A stretch of 64,000 nt of DNA, from NCBI GenBank assembly GCA_963796965.1, contig CAWCNS010000005.1, positions 960,001 to 1,024,000 of the forward strand, in the 5' to 3' direction. The position numbers and the translations under genes are program-made. This stretch comes from Calditrichia bacterium (GTDB lineage: Bacteria > Calditrichota > Calditrichia > JAJRVZ01). Every line of letters begins with the position of its first letter. The first letter of the stretch is position 1. Shown in pieces: positions 42,321 through 54,412 of this stretch. The notes below the pieces were generated by a model. That model was not told where the DNA came from. It was given only the letters and a program-made list of their open reading frames with translations, and did not search any database.

Positions 42321-42481
42321 AAATGCTCATCCACAAGAAATTTATTTCCTGTAAATTTTGTCAAAAATATTCTATTCAAATATTATTAGATACGATATTA
42401 TAAAAGCCATGATAGTTGATTATTTTCAAATAAGTGAATATAAAATGGATTAATTGAATGTATGGCAGGTAAAACAGTCAC

Positions 42482-42533
42482 AACAGACCTGATAGTTGTA
42501 AGTTTTGCGAAAAAAGTTGTAAAAAAGTTGTAG
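42482..42533 (-). promoter_or_regulatory. Phased TACAAC triple-box operator/promoter, copy 4
   Basis: AACAGACC then GTTGTA at 42495, 42516, 42527; upstream of the regulator gene itself. Confidence 0.7.
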
Positions 42534-42820
42534 GACGGGCCCGTTGAGGGTTAAAAGTTAAGGGCAACATATGAGTCATCCCGACCAGGCCTGGTCTCTG
42601 CTGCGCTTTCAGGACAGGCTTGATTCGGGGATCTATCTGGAGGAATGGAGTGTTGGAGGAATGGAGTGATGGAGTAGTGATTGGAGAAATTGTTTGTTGG
42701 AGTGTTGGAGTAATGGAATAGTGGAAATAATGAAACATATTAATAGATGAACTATGTTTACACCACTCCAACACTCCAATACTCCAACTTAGAACTTAGA
42801 ACCCTGAACTCTGAACCTTT

Positions 42821-42946
42821 AAAAAAACGGTCCCGGAAATCGGTGATCATCTATTACCGGATATTTTTCGCCATTGGGTTGGGAGGAAGGTTAACCCGGT
42901 AAGTACCCAAAACATCCAATAATTAATACACCAAATCCGGAACCGT
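42821..42946 (-). ncRNA. Candidate structured small RNA or complex terminator, copy 2
   Basis: Closing stem acgguuccgga/uccgggaccgu plus U run, CCUUCCUCCC loop in ggguu/aaccc stem, GAUGAUCACC. Confidence 0.35.
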
Positions 42947-43236
42947 CTAAGCCTCTTTTTTGGACAAATTCAGTTTTAATAATTAGCCACAGACTGACAC
43001 TGACTTTTATAAAAATAATAACTATTGTATAATTTAATGATCAGATTATAAGGCAAAACTCATAAAATGTTTCCCTCCCCCGTAAAACGGGGTCTTCGAC
43101 AGTCGACAGTATTCCGGTTGGCACATCTTCGACCGGGTAAAATCGTCCATCCCGACTTTCGCCAGAAAGTCGCAGAGAAATAAATATTTATGAACCTTTG
43201 CGCCTCTGCGTCTTTGCGAGAGATGAATTATCTGGC

Positions 43237-44230
43237 CTATATAATAAATATGAAATTGGCCATCCAGTAATTGGTTTTGAAACGCTGGGCATTGCCAAAA
43301 TCAAAAGCATACTTACCGGCCAGATAAAGACGGTTCGGAAACGGCCAGTAGCCAAGGGAAAAGCCTACGATGCTTTTACGGTCGTGATAGCTGGGATCCC
43401 AAAACACATCATTACCGCTGTCGTCTGTAACCTGCCAGTTAAAACCACCCTGAACAGCTACTTCCAGCCGTTCACTCAAATACTGGCTGACACCCCACTC
43501 AAGGGTGAACCTGTTCCCGGGATTCACTTGCGCATCTTTAATCTCCGTAGTCACTTCATAAGTCAGGCCCAGCATAACCGCCGTGGACTGATCCGGGAAC
43601 GGGATAGTAGTAGCCAAAAGTCTGGAACTGGTGTGTCCAGAATCCCATGCCGGTATTATCATCCGCCCCGGTCTCATATTTTCCTACAGGGGCATAAAAA
43701 CCGTAAAAGAAACTAAGGTCAAAACCATCAAATGACCACGCCAGGCCAAGGGGTGAAACATACAGATCACTCCAACCGCCGACGCTGCCCGATTCCGAAA
43801 TGGTCGTATCCAAAGTGCCGCTGGCGTCAAGTTGTAAAGCGCCGCTGGCATTAAAATAACTGGGGGAGATGCCGGCCAGATAAGAAGCACCACCGAGAAA
43901 ATTGGTTTCCGTGGCAAAGAAAAATGCTGGAACAGTGGCAAAGCCGCTGATATCCAAATTAAGATCGGCACCGCCAAGACTGGTCACTTCATTGCCTTCC
44001 CTGTCATAATAGGTATCGCTGTTGAACCACAGGTTATACCAGATGAGAAAAAAGCCGGGAGGCGGCGCGCCCATATCACGGACATTGATCACCCCGGGCG
44101 CATAGTGTCCGCTCTGCATAGGTGAGACCACCTGCGCGGATACAGGCATCGGATTAACAAATAATGCGGCAAGCAAAATCATAAAAACGAACAGCTGCCA
44201 TTTCAGTTGTGTTGAAAAAAATCGAGACAT
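43237..44230 (-). CDS. SphA / Phenol_MetA_deg-like outer membrane beta-barrel; frameshift near 43600
   Basis: GHYAPG..PPPG, GGWSDLYVSPLGLAW, YAPVGKY..NTGMGFWT, PGNRFTLEWG, WQVTDDSG. Confidence 0.8.
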
Positions 44231-44461
44231 TCGGTGCTCCTTTCTTTATTAACGCAGAGATGCTGAGAACGCAGAGTTCCGCAGTAGTATATGTTTTCAT
44301 TCTAATAGATTATTATCAAACCTGTATATTTATCATTGCACATCAATGAAAATTCCATGTCATTGCGAGGAACGTAGTGACGAAGCAATCTCCTATTATA
44401 TATAGATAATAATTTTCTTTGCGTTCTCTGCAATCTCTGCGTTTTAGAAACATACTATAGG

Positions 44462-46006
44462 TTATTTTACTAATTCAAGATCATTTAATACCCAGGTTTT
44501 GTCGATATATCCCTCCAGAGGTCCATAAAAACGGAATACTAGGAAGAACCCTTTTTCAGCATTGGTAGGCACCCAATTCTTTTCTTTTCCTTTTGGTGCT
44601 TTGGCGCTGAAGTATACATCCACTGATCCATCGGCATTGGCTACCGGGTTTTCACGACTGCCTACCGACTTGTTTACATTGCCACCAACATCCAGCAGAC
44701 TACGTGTTGTTGGATCGTAAGCGGTAACCGCCCAAAAGTTCTTAACCGGTGGATTTGCTCCCACGCGCAATTTGTAGGTTTTGCTCCCATCAAGATATTG
44801 CCCTTTATTATCCCGGAAAGTGGTTAAATAAGCAGTACCTGCACCTGGTTTAGTTGCAATAAGAGCTGGAGAAACCACAATGGCAGGATAGTGCCAGAGT
44901 GTGCGTGCATCAATATCAGCTACGCCGTCACGTTCAAAAGTAGTATTGTATAAAAACATCTTTTCCCAATGACGACCTTCCCAATACTCAATATCCTTTT
45001 CGCGTGAGGCAAAAACAATGGCTCTGCACATGGCGGCACCTAATTTTGCTCCCTGGTCTAATATCTTTTGCATGCGCGCATCAGGATTAAAGGGTTCCCC
45101 TTTCTTAATTCCTAAAGTGGCTAATTTTCCTAATTGTTCCGCACTAAACAATGCAGTCGGTTCGTATTGTATAACCTCATTTAACATTTCAAATACAGAA
45201 CCATCTTCAGCGGGAAGCGAATTTAAACCAAGACCATTGGTATTTACTACTTTAAATTCACGTGGTCCGGTAGCCAAAGGATATATTTTTAGATTCTGTC
45301 TAAAATAGTCTAATGCTTTTTCGCCCGAACCAATATCACCCCAACCTCGCATCATGGTCCAAATACGATAACTGGGTGATTTAATTACGAAATATCCTTC
45401 AGGAATAGTTTTCGTATAGCCAGGAGGAACAAATAAATACTTACCACCCTTGCCTTTATCGGGACCCACAAAACCAATGTCGGTTAAAAATTTAAAGGCT
45501 GCATCATCGGCCGTGCCATACATACCAGCAGGGATTTCAACAACTGTAGCTCCATCCACTTTTAAATCGAGGGTGGCAACGGCATACACGGTAGAATTAT
45601 TTCCTGTAAGATATAATTCACTTGGAGTTAAACCCGGCCCGGGCATTACACCCACATCAGAAGCTGTTTTAAAACCAAAATCGCGAATTTGTCCTTTTAA
45701 AATACCATTCACCGAGAGTGTCGGGAAAAAATCAAGATAGGCTTGAGTGGCACGTTGTAAATCCATTTCATCATAGATTTTCTGAACGGATGCTTCGTCT
45801 GGAAAGGCCTCAAGTTCAAAGTTTAAGGTGCCGAAATTGGTTTGTATTTTATCCGGGGCCGGCTTGAAATCCTTATTGGTTTGTTTCTTACCGGCAGTTT
45901 CAAACAGGTTTCTGTTTTCACCGGTTTCCTGTGCCTGCATTGGAATAATCATTCCAATGATAAACAGGCCCGTTAATAGAATACTTAGTAATTTTTGTGT
46001 TTTCAT
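44462..46006 (-). CDS. DUF1254/DUF1214 exported protein (paralog 3)
   Basis: YDEMDLQRATQAY, LTGNNSTVY, GPDKGKGGKYLFVPPGY, FWAVTAYD, FRFYGPL. Confidence 0.92.
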   Translation of the reverse strand: MKTQKLLSILLTGLFIIGMIIPMQAQETGENRNLFETAGKKQTNKDFKPAPDKIQTNFGTLNFELEAFPDEASVQKIYDEMDLQRATQAYLDFFPTLSVNGILKGQIRDFGFKTASDVGVMPGPGLTPSELYLTGNNSTVYAVATLDLKVDGATVVEIPAGMYGTADDAAFKFLTDIGFVGPDKGKGGKYLFVPPGYTKTIPEGYFVIKSPSYRIWTMMRGWGDIGSGEKALDYFRQNLKIYPLATGPREFKVVNTNGLGLNSLPAEDGSVFEMLNEVIQYEPTALFSAEQLGKLATLGIKKGEPFNPDARMQKILDQGAKLGAAMCRAIVFASREKDIEYWEGRHWEKMFLYNTTFERDGVADIDARTLWHYPAIVVSPALIATKPGAGTAYLTTFRDNKGQYLDGSKTYKLRVGANPPVKNFWAVTAYDPTTRSLLDVGGNVNKSVGSRENPVANADGSVDVYFSAKAPKGKEKNWVPTNAEKGFFLVFRFYGPLEGYIDKTWVLNDLELVK

Positions 46007-46058
46007 TTTGTAACCTTTCATTTATTAAACAAGATTTAGATCTTATGATTGAAAGCTT

Positions 46059-47339
46059 CTAATCAATAAAATTCAATTTGGCAGCAAACTGAATGCGTTG
46101 AGCAAAGCCTTCTGTGTTATTTACAATTCTTTGTTTACCTGCCATGTATTCAACTCCTACGGAAAATCTTTTGAAAACGCCCCACCTGAGGTTGGCATGC
46201 ACGGTGGCGCCTAATTCCTGATTGTTGGGTGTTCGGTTAGCGGGACTTTGTAATTCGGCCCAGTTTAAAGAAAGTGTAGAAGCTCAGATTTGACAACCAA
46301 TAATGTTCAACACCCGCGGTGATATTGAGTACGGGAAAAGTATTAATAGAGCCATCCATATTGATTACTGCATCAGCACCCGGGCCAGCTACAGCAGCGA
46401 TATTTTGTCCCCAACCATTGCCATATGCAATTCCCCATACAAACTTGTCATATTTGGCAAAATTTAGTCTCCCTGAAAAATGGAAACCATACCCCATGCC
46501 AGTTGATGTTCCTAAACTATCACTCACCCATCTATGTTGTAAACCCTGGGCAGCAAGTTGTATATGTCCCAGGCGATGATTCCAGATAATACGTCCGGTT
46601 ATACTTGGCATGTATAGCATAGCCTGACCATCTATTCCATACGGGTTATCAAGTGAGCTGGCCGGGCTTTCGATGGCAGCTGCCCATTTAAAGTGTTTGC
46701 CGGCTGATTCCTCATAGCGGATTTGAACGGCACGCTTGAACACAAGTGCATCTCCAAATTCAAAATCAATGGTAGTTGGAAGCGCATTCAAGTCCATCAA
46801 CGTGATCCAATTCTGGCCAATGGTTAGATTGCCTACGGTTATTGATGCAATTCTTAGATGTGGGGTATAATCAGATGGCTCCTCGTTTTCAAAGAAATCA
46901 AATTCTATGTAGGCTCGCATGGGTATGTTACTTTTGCTTTTCCCACGAAAATCAAAAATAAGCCGTGATTCTTTTGCATGAAACGTGGTTTGCCCCCCCA
47001 GCTTTCTTTCGGGCGAACCATCCAAGCCAATGGTTCCGGTAACAAATTCACTTCTGTCGCCCACGTAGTCCAGGTCAACAATAAAGTCAGTCTTAACATA
47101 TCCTCCAATTGCTAATCGGATATTGGTACCCGGAATAGGAATTGAATTTGGAAATTCCTTATCGATATAGTCAGATAAGGAACTTCCACTAAGTGTTTGT
47201 GAATAATACAACTCAGCATTTGACTTTATAACTTGTTTAGTAGTATCTTAGAAATCGTATCGTTTTGGGCAAACAATACGAATGGAAATAATAGAAAAAT
47301 GACCGTCTGAATTGCACTGAATAAAATATTATTTTTCAT
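46059..47339 (-). CDS. DcaP-family outer membrane porin; frameshifts at both ends
   Basis: IPGTNIRLAIGGYVKTD, HAKESRL, YIEFDF, GQNW, RAVQIRY; terminal AQRIQFAAKLNF in another frame. Confidence 0.82.
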
Positions 47340-47360
47340 TTCTAAATTACCTTAAATAAA

Positions 47361-48593
47361 TTATGATGTCTTTGTTGGTTTAATGATAGTATTTCCTATA
47401 AGTAAACCTGCAGCTAGTGTAATGGCAACAATAAACATCTGCATAAATTCTATCCCACCGGTATGCATGTCTCCAGTAGCAAAGGCTGCCAAACCCCTGA
47501 ATCCAATTGAACCGCTTACGAGTAGAATAAATGCCGGCACCAATACTATAGAAGGTGGTCGTCCGGTTTTTCTTGCCCAAATATTTGTAAATAATACCAG
47601 CAGAATAGTCCCCATTAAATTTCCAAAATTTGAACCTGCCATATTACTTCCCAGCAGTATCCCTCCATAGGCTATACCCATAGCCAGGCATGTCCAAAAA
47701 AAGTCTCTATAAGGAGTCTGCATTGCTATTCCAAGACCAACTATTATCAATGGCATAAAAAACCAGAGCCATTGAGAATCAATAGGTATTGCTGCAATGG
47801 CAACGGGGAAAGACAAGAAAAGAGAAACGGCCTTTACACCAAGCCATGCACCAGCAAATTGTTTAAACAGATAGATCAGGCCACCTACCAGGTTGGAAAG
47901 GCCAGAGTTGATGTGTTTACTAACAATTTCCACCACACCCACACTTACTGAATATCCGGGAATCAAAATTAAAATGGCCGAAAGTGTTACTAATACTACA
48001 TTAATTTCGGGAAAAAAGAAGCGTGAAATACCAGCCAATATGCCTGCCACAAAAGCGGTGGATATTGGAAGCCATTCTGCCGCAAGTGGCCCCTTGCTAC
48101 CCGATTTCATAACCATGAAGAAAACCACAAGACTGAAAATGCCGGAGAGTATCAAATCCATCCACGATCCCCCCAAGAGCACCGGAAAGGCTACACCAAC
48201 CAGTACATAACTCAGGGCCGTTGTAAAATTTCCCCAGGGATGTGCTAGTTTATCAATTTCATCCAATCGCTTACTTGCCTGGGCAATGGATAATTTACCA
48301 TTTTCCATATCATTGATAAGTTCACCCACCTTTGCCAGGCGGTTTAACTCGGTACCTGTTCCGCTCATGGCAGATATATGTATCTTTTGCCATTCAGTCC
48401 CATCTTGTGAAAATGCAAAGCTTATCTGGTCAGGTGTAGAACGAAAAATACCTTGGTAACCAAAAAATTTTGTTATTCGGTTGAGGTACCATTCGAGCCT
48501 GGCTGCGTTTGGTCCATATCCATGAATCTTTTCGCCCAGTTTGATGACAAAGCGGCATGCTTCGTTAAAGTCAGGTTTTGAAGAGTTGTCCAT
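47361..48593 (-). CDS. ThrE-family threonine/serine exporter
   Basis: LGEKIHGYG..RLE, ELNRL, LIPG, VPAFILLVSGSIGFRG; about ten TM segments. Confidence 0.85.
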   Translation of the reverse strand: MDNSSKPDFNEACRFVIKLGEKIHGYGPNAARLEWYLNRITKFFGYQGIFRSTPDQISFAFSQDGTEWQKIHISAMSGTGTELNRLAKVGELINDMENGKLSIAQASKRLDEIDKLAHPWGNFTTALSYVLVGVAFPVLLGGSWMDLILSGIFSLVVFFMVMKSGSKGPLAAEWLPISTAFVAGILAGISRFFFPEINVVLVTLSAILILIPGYSVSVGVVEIVSKHINSGLSNLVGGLIYLFKQFAGAWLGVKAVSLFLSFPVAIAAIPIDSQWLWFFMPLIIVGLGIAMQTPYRDFFWTCLAMGIAYGGILLGSNMAGSNFGNLMGTILLVLFTNIWARKTGRPPSIVLVPAFILLVSGSIGFRGLAAFATGDMHTGGIEFMQMFIVAITLAAGLLIGNTIIKPTKTS

Positions 48594-48683
48594 ATAATTA
48601 TTCCCATTGTATTAAAAATATTATTGAATCCATTTCAAATAAATCAGCAGCAAAAGCTACTATTATGTTCCTTTACTATACAT

Positions 48684-49659
48684 TCATTCCAATGCGTCTT
48701 CAACAGCCTTAAAATTGATTGTCCCTTTTTTGGCAATAAAAACCAGCTCTTGTTTCTTTCTTGTCATCAGCCCAATGACCTGTAACTGCTAAGAGTTGCC
48801 CGTCTGCCACCAGTTGAAGTAAAATTCGCTTATGTGGTTTTTCGGCAGCATAAATAAAACCCTTTACCCGATAAACAGATTTGGGAATATGTTTCAAAAA
48901 TATCTGTAGGGCTTCGAGGCTTAAAGGCTCCTTAGATTCGAATGTCCAGGTTTCGAACTCAATACCATGAGCATGGTTATGTTCCCTATGTTTATCCAAT
49001 GTCAATACATCACCATTTATAGGTCTTGACGCCAGATTGCCATTTATTCCGAGTAAAATTTCAAGTGGAATCTTACTGTGTGAAGTCTCCAGGATTTGCA
49101 GGCTGGAATTTATCTTGACTATCCAATCATGCACTTTTCTCATCGTTTCTTCGTTCACGAGGTCCGTTTTATTTAGGACTACAAGATTTGCCCCTTCAAT
49201 CTGTTTCTTCGCCATCTTCAATGACTCCTCATCATCAATCAACAACAACTGTTCAGCATCAACTAAAGTGATAACCCCATCCAGCAAAATTGCACTTCTG
49301 ATTTCGGGAGTCATAAGGGCATTCACCACACTTTCGGGATAGGCAATTCCACTCGATTCGATCAAGAATGTGGTCGAGTTCATTCTCTGTTTCAGCCAGT
49401 TTTAATACGGAGCTGATCAGGTCGTTACGGGTGACACAACAAATACAACCATTGGCCAGACTCACCATTCCTTCATTCACATCACTGATCAATTCAGCAT
49501 CGATGTTGATGGATCCAAAATCATTCACAACCACCCCTATTCGTAAGCCGTGATCACTGTTGAGAACATGATTGATCAATGTGGTTTTACCAGACCCCAG
49601 GAACCCGGCCACTACTGTGACCGGGGTGGAGCTGTGTTCATATTGCTTTTTGAAGTCAT
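48684..49659 (-). CDS. CobW/COG0523-family GTPase; several frameshifts
   Basis: AGFLGSGKTT, VNDFGSINID, LANGCICC, IESSG, LNKTD, HREHNHAH, YRVKG. Confidence 0.9.
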
Positions 49660-49665
49660 GTATAT

Positions 49666-50991
49666 CTACAATTCGTTTTTATAAACTTTCCCATCTTTTA
49701 CAATGAGTTTCAGGTGCTCTTCATGCTTTTCCACAATCTCAACATCTTCAATTGGATTCTTGTCGTAAATCAGGACATCGGCCATGGCGCCTTCTTCAAT
49801 CACGCCGAGTTTTCCGTATATATTTCGCTTGCCGCACAGTGCTACACAATCCGCGGCGTTTCCGGTGGCCTGGATCATGATTTCCGCAGAGGTGAACCAG
49901 GGCTTTCTTAGCGTGAGGTCCTTGAGCTGGTCCTTCCTTCCTTCGTAATCAAAGAGCAGGTCGGTGCCGTACACCATCTTGACCTTGTACTTCTTAGCCA
50001 GCTTGAACATATTGTCCATACCATCAAGGGCTTGCTTCAGTTTGCCGGCGCGGACTGGATCGGTATAGATGGGCTTCAGCATCGCCATCACATATACCTG
50101 AGGAGAGAGGATGGCCTCTTTTTCCGCCAGCAATTCCATGGCTTCTTCATCGATGAGGTGGCCATGTTCAATGGTCTTGACCCCTGCATTGAGTGCTCTT
50201 TTGATACCGACAGGATTAAACACATGGGTTGCCACATAGGTGCCGTAGTCTTCGGCTACCCTTACCGCGGCCCTGGTTTCTTCCTCGAAGAACTCATTCA
50301 CATAAAGCGGATCGGTAAAGGATGAGACGCCCCCACCGTTGGCGATCTTAATAAAATCAGCGCCAAGGTAAAGATTATGACGTGCCGCAGCCATCACCTG
50401 GTCGACACCTGTGGCCAGAATACCGCAGTTCATTTCAGAACGCTCCACGGTACTAATGGGGCCACCCCATTCCTTGGGCATATCGTTAGGGTTACGAAAA
50501 TCAACATGGCCCGAATACTGTGCAATCAAACTGCCCGATCCATAGATCCTGGGGCCGGGCAACATTCCAGTGTTGACTGCTTTTCTCAATCCAAAGATAT
50601 TGCCTCCCACATCACGGCAGGTAGTAACCCCGCGCATGAGCATGTCTTCCGCCTCACGAACAGCCATACAGGTGACATACTGGAAGGGACCATTGAAAAA
50701 CTCCGCCTGCGACACGCCCATCATTAAATGCAAATGATTGTCGATAATACCCGGTGAAAGGTATCCATGTTTGCCATCGATAACCTTTCCATACTCACCC
50801 TCATTACTGCTGCCAGCCGGGATGATCTTTTCAATTTTGTTATCGAGTAGAACTACATCTTTTCCTTTGATAAGATCTTCTGATCTTCCATCAAAGATGC
50901 TGATGTTTTTAATGAGTGTTAAGTGCTCATTCATAAGAGGCGCATGTGGCCCCTTGTTGTCGGAATGTGGATTTGGATGTCTGTTTCCCAT
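49666..50991 (-). CDS. Metal-dependent amidohydrolase (Xaa-Pro dipeptidase-like)
   Basis: PGIIDNHLH, GVTTCRDVGG, GADFIKI..GG, IEHG, GTD, GAMADVL. Confidence 0.88.
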   Translation of the reverse strand: MGNRHPNPHSDNKGPHAPLMNEHLTLIKNISIFDGRSEDLIKGKDVVLLDNKIEKIIPAGSSNEGEYGKVIDGKHGYLSPGIIDNHLHLMMGVSQAEFFNGPFQYVTCMAVREAEDMLMRGVTTCRDVGGNIFGLRKAVNTGMLPGPRIYGSGSLIAQYSGHVDFRNPNDMPKEWGGPISTVERSEMNCGILATGVDQVMAAARHNLYLGADFIKIANGGGVSSFTDPLYVNEFFEEETRAAVRVAEDYGTYVATHVFNPVGIKRALNAGVKTIEHGHLIDEEAMELLAEKEAILSPQVYVMAMLKPIYTDPVRAGKLKQALDGMDNMFKLAKKYKVKMVYGTDLLFDYEGRKDQLKDLTLRKPWFTSAEIMIQATGNAADCVALCGKRNIYGKLGVIEEGAMADVLIYDKNPIEDVEIVEKHEEHLKLIVKDGKVYKNEL

Positions 50992-51029
50992 TTTGTTTCT
51001 AAATTTAATGGTTAATAAAAAAAAAGTTT

Positions 51030-52551
51030 CTATTTTCTAATTGGTCCGCGAACGGCCTGACCAGGCATAGCTTCGGTATCCAGTTTTTCGTCTTTGATTA
51101 AAAAAGTACCATTTACTATCACGTGTTTCATGCCCACAGATAATTGGCAAGGCTCTGTAAATGTTCCTTTTTCTGTTATGGTTTCGGGATCGAAAACGAC
51201 AATGTCAGCATCCATACCTTCCTGGAGGCGTCCTTTTTTCTTTAAGGCAGGTGCGCAGTCTCCAAAAATCAAACAAGCATTCAGTGAGGCAGCACGAATG
51301 GCATCCATCCAACTCAAGACTTTGCGTTCGCGAACCCATCGGCGCATAAAACGGCTATAGTTTCCTGCCGCCCGTGGATGACTTTGGAGTCCCTCAGGCA
51401 GTGGCCATTCTGAACCTTTGTAAAAGGCACCTTTGGCATCAACCCATGGAATAGCATCCGTACATATAGCCGTTCCCGGGAAAAGTACCGACATATCCAA
51501 TAAGGAAGCATCATGCGCATTATTTTCTTCATCCAGAAAATGCACAACAACAGCGTCACCGGGATTTGCATCGCGGTCTGCCACAAATTCTTCTTTGCTT
51601 TTAAAAGTTTGATTATTCCTGAACCAGCGTGAAGTTTTCCCAATGAATCGACATTCGCTGTTCTACGTCTGATGGATTAAATTCAGCTGCACCAATGGCC
51701 GAGCTGCCTGCTCCATATACGTAAGCTTCAGTAGTCACTTTCAGGCCACTGTCCTGGGCTTTTTTAACGATATCCCGGATTTTAGGAATGTCGCGAAGAC
51801 TGGTGCTGTTCCAGTGGCAAACATGGGTATGTGCCCCTGTTGCAGCCGCCAATCCCACCAGCTCAATCATGCTTCTTACGCCAGAGTTTGGATCAAGGGT
51901 TGAAAGGTTCTGAATATGCGTATAAGTGGGTACATTGTATTTTGCAGCCAACTCCCAGATGGCATATAATTCCTTCAGGCCGGCTCCCGGCGCATAACCC
52001 CAGAGCATACCGATACCGATACCACCTTCTTTGATACCCTGCTCGGTCATTTCAAGAATTTTTTCAAGTTGTTCCTCTGTAGAAACTTCCTCTGTCCATT
52101 CCTTAACACTGAATTTCGGGAATATATATTCAGTTTCAGGAACAGGTTTTCCGTTTACCGCGAGCTCCGGACTCATGGTAACACATCTGGCAAATCCCCA
52201 GCCCGATGACACACCATAATTAATTGGCCGTCCTTCTTTTTCGCAGTTATCGTAAAATTCTGCTACAGGCAAAACTCCTGCTTCCAATTCAAGGGCGGTG
52301 GTTAAACCATCGAAAGCCTGGATACGGTTGCTTGGAATGGACATCCCATGTGAATGGGTGTCGATAAAACCGGGTGATACAATCATGCCCGACACATCGA
52401 GTTCCTGTTTCCCCGAAAGTGGCTGGTCTGATACGGCTGCAATTTGCCCGCCATTGATCCCAACATTAAACGTTCCGTCGAGATAGGTTTCCGGATCGAT
52501 AACCCGGCCACCGGAAAGTACTACATCGAATTGTTTTTTTTGATCTGTCAT
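51030..52551 (-). CDS. N-acyl-D-amino-acid deacylase-like amidohydrolase; frameshift near 51610
   Basis: GGRVIDPET, PGFIDTHSH, TTALELEAG, TTEAYVY, HPRAAGNYSR, KGRLQEGMDADIVVFDP. Confidence 0.85.
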
Positions 52552-52648
52552 TAGTATTTTCCTTCTATTTTGACTAATAGATTAATTAATTATTTATAAA
52601 ATGTTTCTAATTGATCCGCGAACAGCTTTCTGACTTTTTTAGCAAGCC

Positions 52649-54301
52649 CTATTTATGATTATGGTCAACAAAATCACAACGATTAAGCTGGCTTGTTCCA
52701 CTGAAATCCACTGGCATAGTTGAAAACTGTTTAATCCAATTGTCTTTACTTAAGGTCAAAAAGCGACCTTTTTCTTCTACTGCAAAACGAATAGGCTGAC
52801 CCGGATTTACACCTTTAATTGGCTCTGAATCTTTCATTACAATTACTCCATTTACAATAACATATGGAATACCTGTTGAAGGTAAAGTACCTTTGACATA
52901 AGTAGAATTATCAGTTACTGTTTCCGGGTTAAAAATGGTTATATCAGCAACCATTCCTACTTGCATACGACCGCGAACCTGCATGTCTTTTAATCCCATT
53001 TTACCAAGTGGTAATGCCGTATTATAACTGGTCATGGCAACAAGTTGCATTAAAGGTATATTATTTTCCCGGGCCATTCTTAGGGCTTTTGCATAAGAAC
53101 CTGCTGTTCGAGGATGCGTATTGGGTAATTCTTCGTAAGGTGTATCCCACTTAAGGTCATCGTCTGGAAATAAAGGCATACCATCACTACCAATTGCAAC
53201 GCCCGGAAATTTTAACCAATCAAGGATTGCAGATTTATCAATTTTATAGACTAGTACTTGTCGTGTGGGTTCCTTTTTTAACATTTCTGCGCGCGATTCA
53301 GGTGTGTAAAATTCACCTGTTTCTACATCCTGAATCGTTTTCTCATAAACATGCCCTAATTGATCTTGCCAAATCTCAGGATTAAGAAAAACAGCATTTA
53401 GCGCTGTTGATCCGGCAGCATAAGGATACAATTCACCCCAAACATTATAACCTTGTTCGCGCATTCGAACCATTAGCTCGTGTACCAAATTATAACCGGG
53501 GTTATTAAAATGACATGCTAAAGCAGGAGCTCTTAATGCTGCTGCATTTGCAAGCATCTCTTGTATGCCATTAGTTTCTCCAACATCAGAACCAGGTGTA
53601 TATCTAAAATGCATTCCAATCTGACGACCGTAGAAACCACTTAGTTTTTGTAATTCAAAAATTTCACGAGCTGATACACCCTCTCGCATATATCCAACCG
53701 TGGAACCAATACCTATTCCACCCTGACGCAAGCCTTCATCAATTTGTGTGAGGATTTTGTTGCCTTGATCCAGAGTAGGTCGCGTAGCAGACCATCCCTT
53801 ATTCTTTCGAGAACTTAATGCATCCGGAGTATTGATATATTTCCAGTCGTTAAAACCATCGATAACAGAAGCCCGGGCAAATTCATGCGCAACAGCAACA
53901 CCATAGTTTATTGGCGTATTCCCTTCGTGTAATTTATACCAATCATCTAATTTTGGGCCATGAGCACCAATTTCAAGATCCATAATAGTGGTTCTTCCAT
54001 CGCGCACCATTAAGCGATATATATATGGTTCTATGCAGTGTTGATGACTGTCGATAAACCCGGGTGCAACAACATGTCCCTTTGGCATCAATGGTTTCTT
54101 TTCCTTTAATTCCGTCTTTTGTTAATGATTACAATTTTTCCATCTTTAATGCCTACATTTCTGTACTGCATCAAACATAGTTTCCGGATCCATTACCCGG
54201 CCATTGAGTATAACCAGATCATAGGTCTGCGCCATCACCAAAGAACCGGTCATCATTATGATGGCCATAATGCTATAAAGTTTTCTGCTAAAAATAGTCA
54301 T
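52649..54301 (-). CDS. Exported D-aminoacylase-like amidohydrolase; 5' frameshifts
   Basis: PGFIDSHQH, GELYPY, HPRTAGSYAK, RGRMQVGMVADITIFNP; signal peptide from ATG 54301. Confidence 0.85.
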
Positions 54302-54412
54302 AAGATTAATCTCCTTTCTATAAAATGATTGTTAAACAAGCTCGTTAATAGAAAACTTGGTAATTTTTGTGTTTTCATTTTAATAATTTTATAACTATTC
54401 GGTATCATATTT

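Noticed and set aside
42478..42774. 98-aa ORF, and similar ORFs at 35258, 60516 and 62194
   Set aside because: Low-complexity translations of GGAGT/ACTCC repeats
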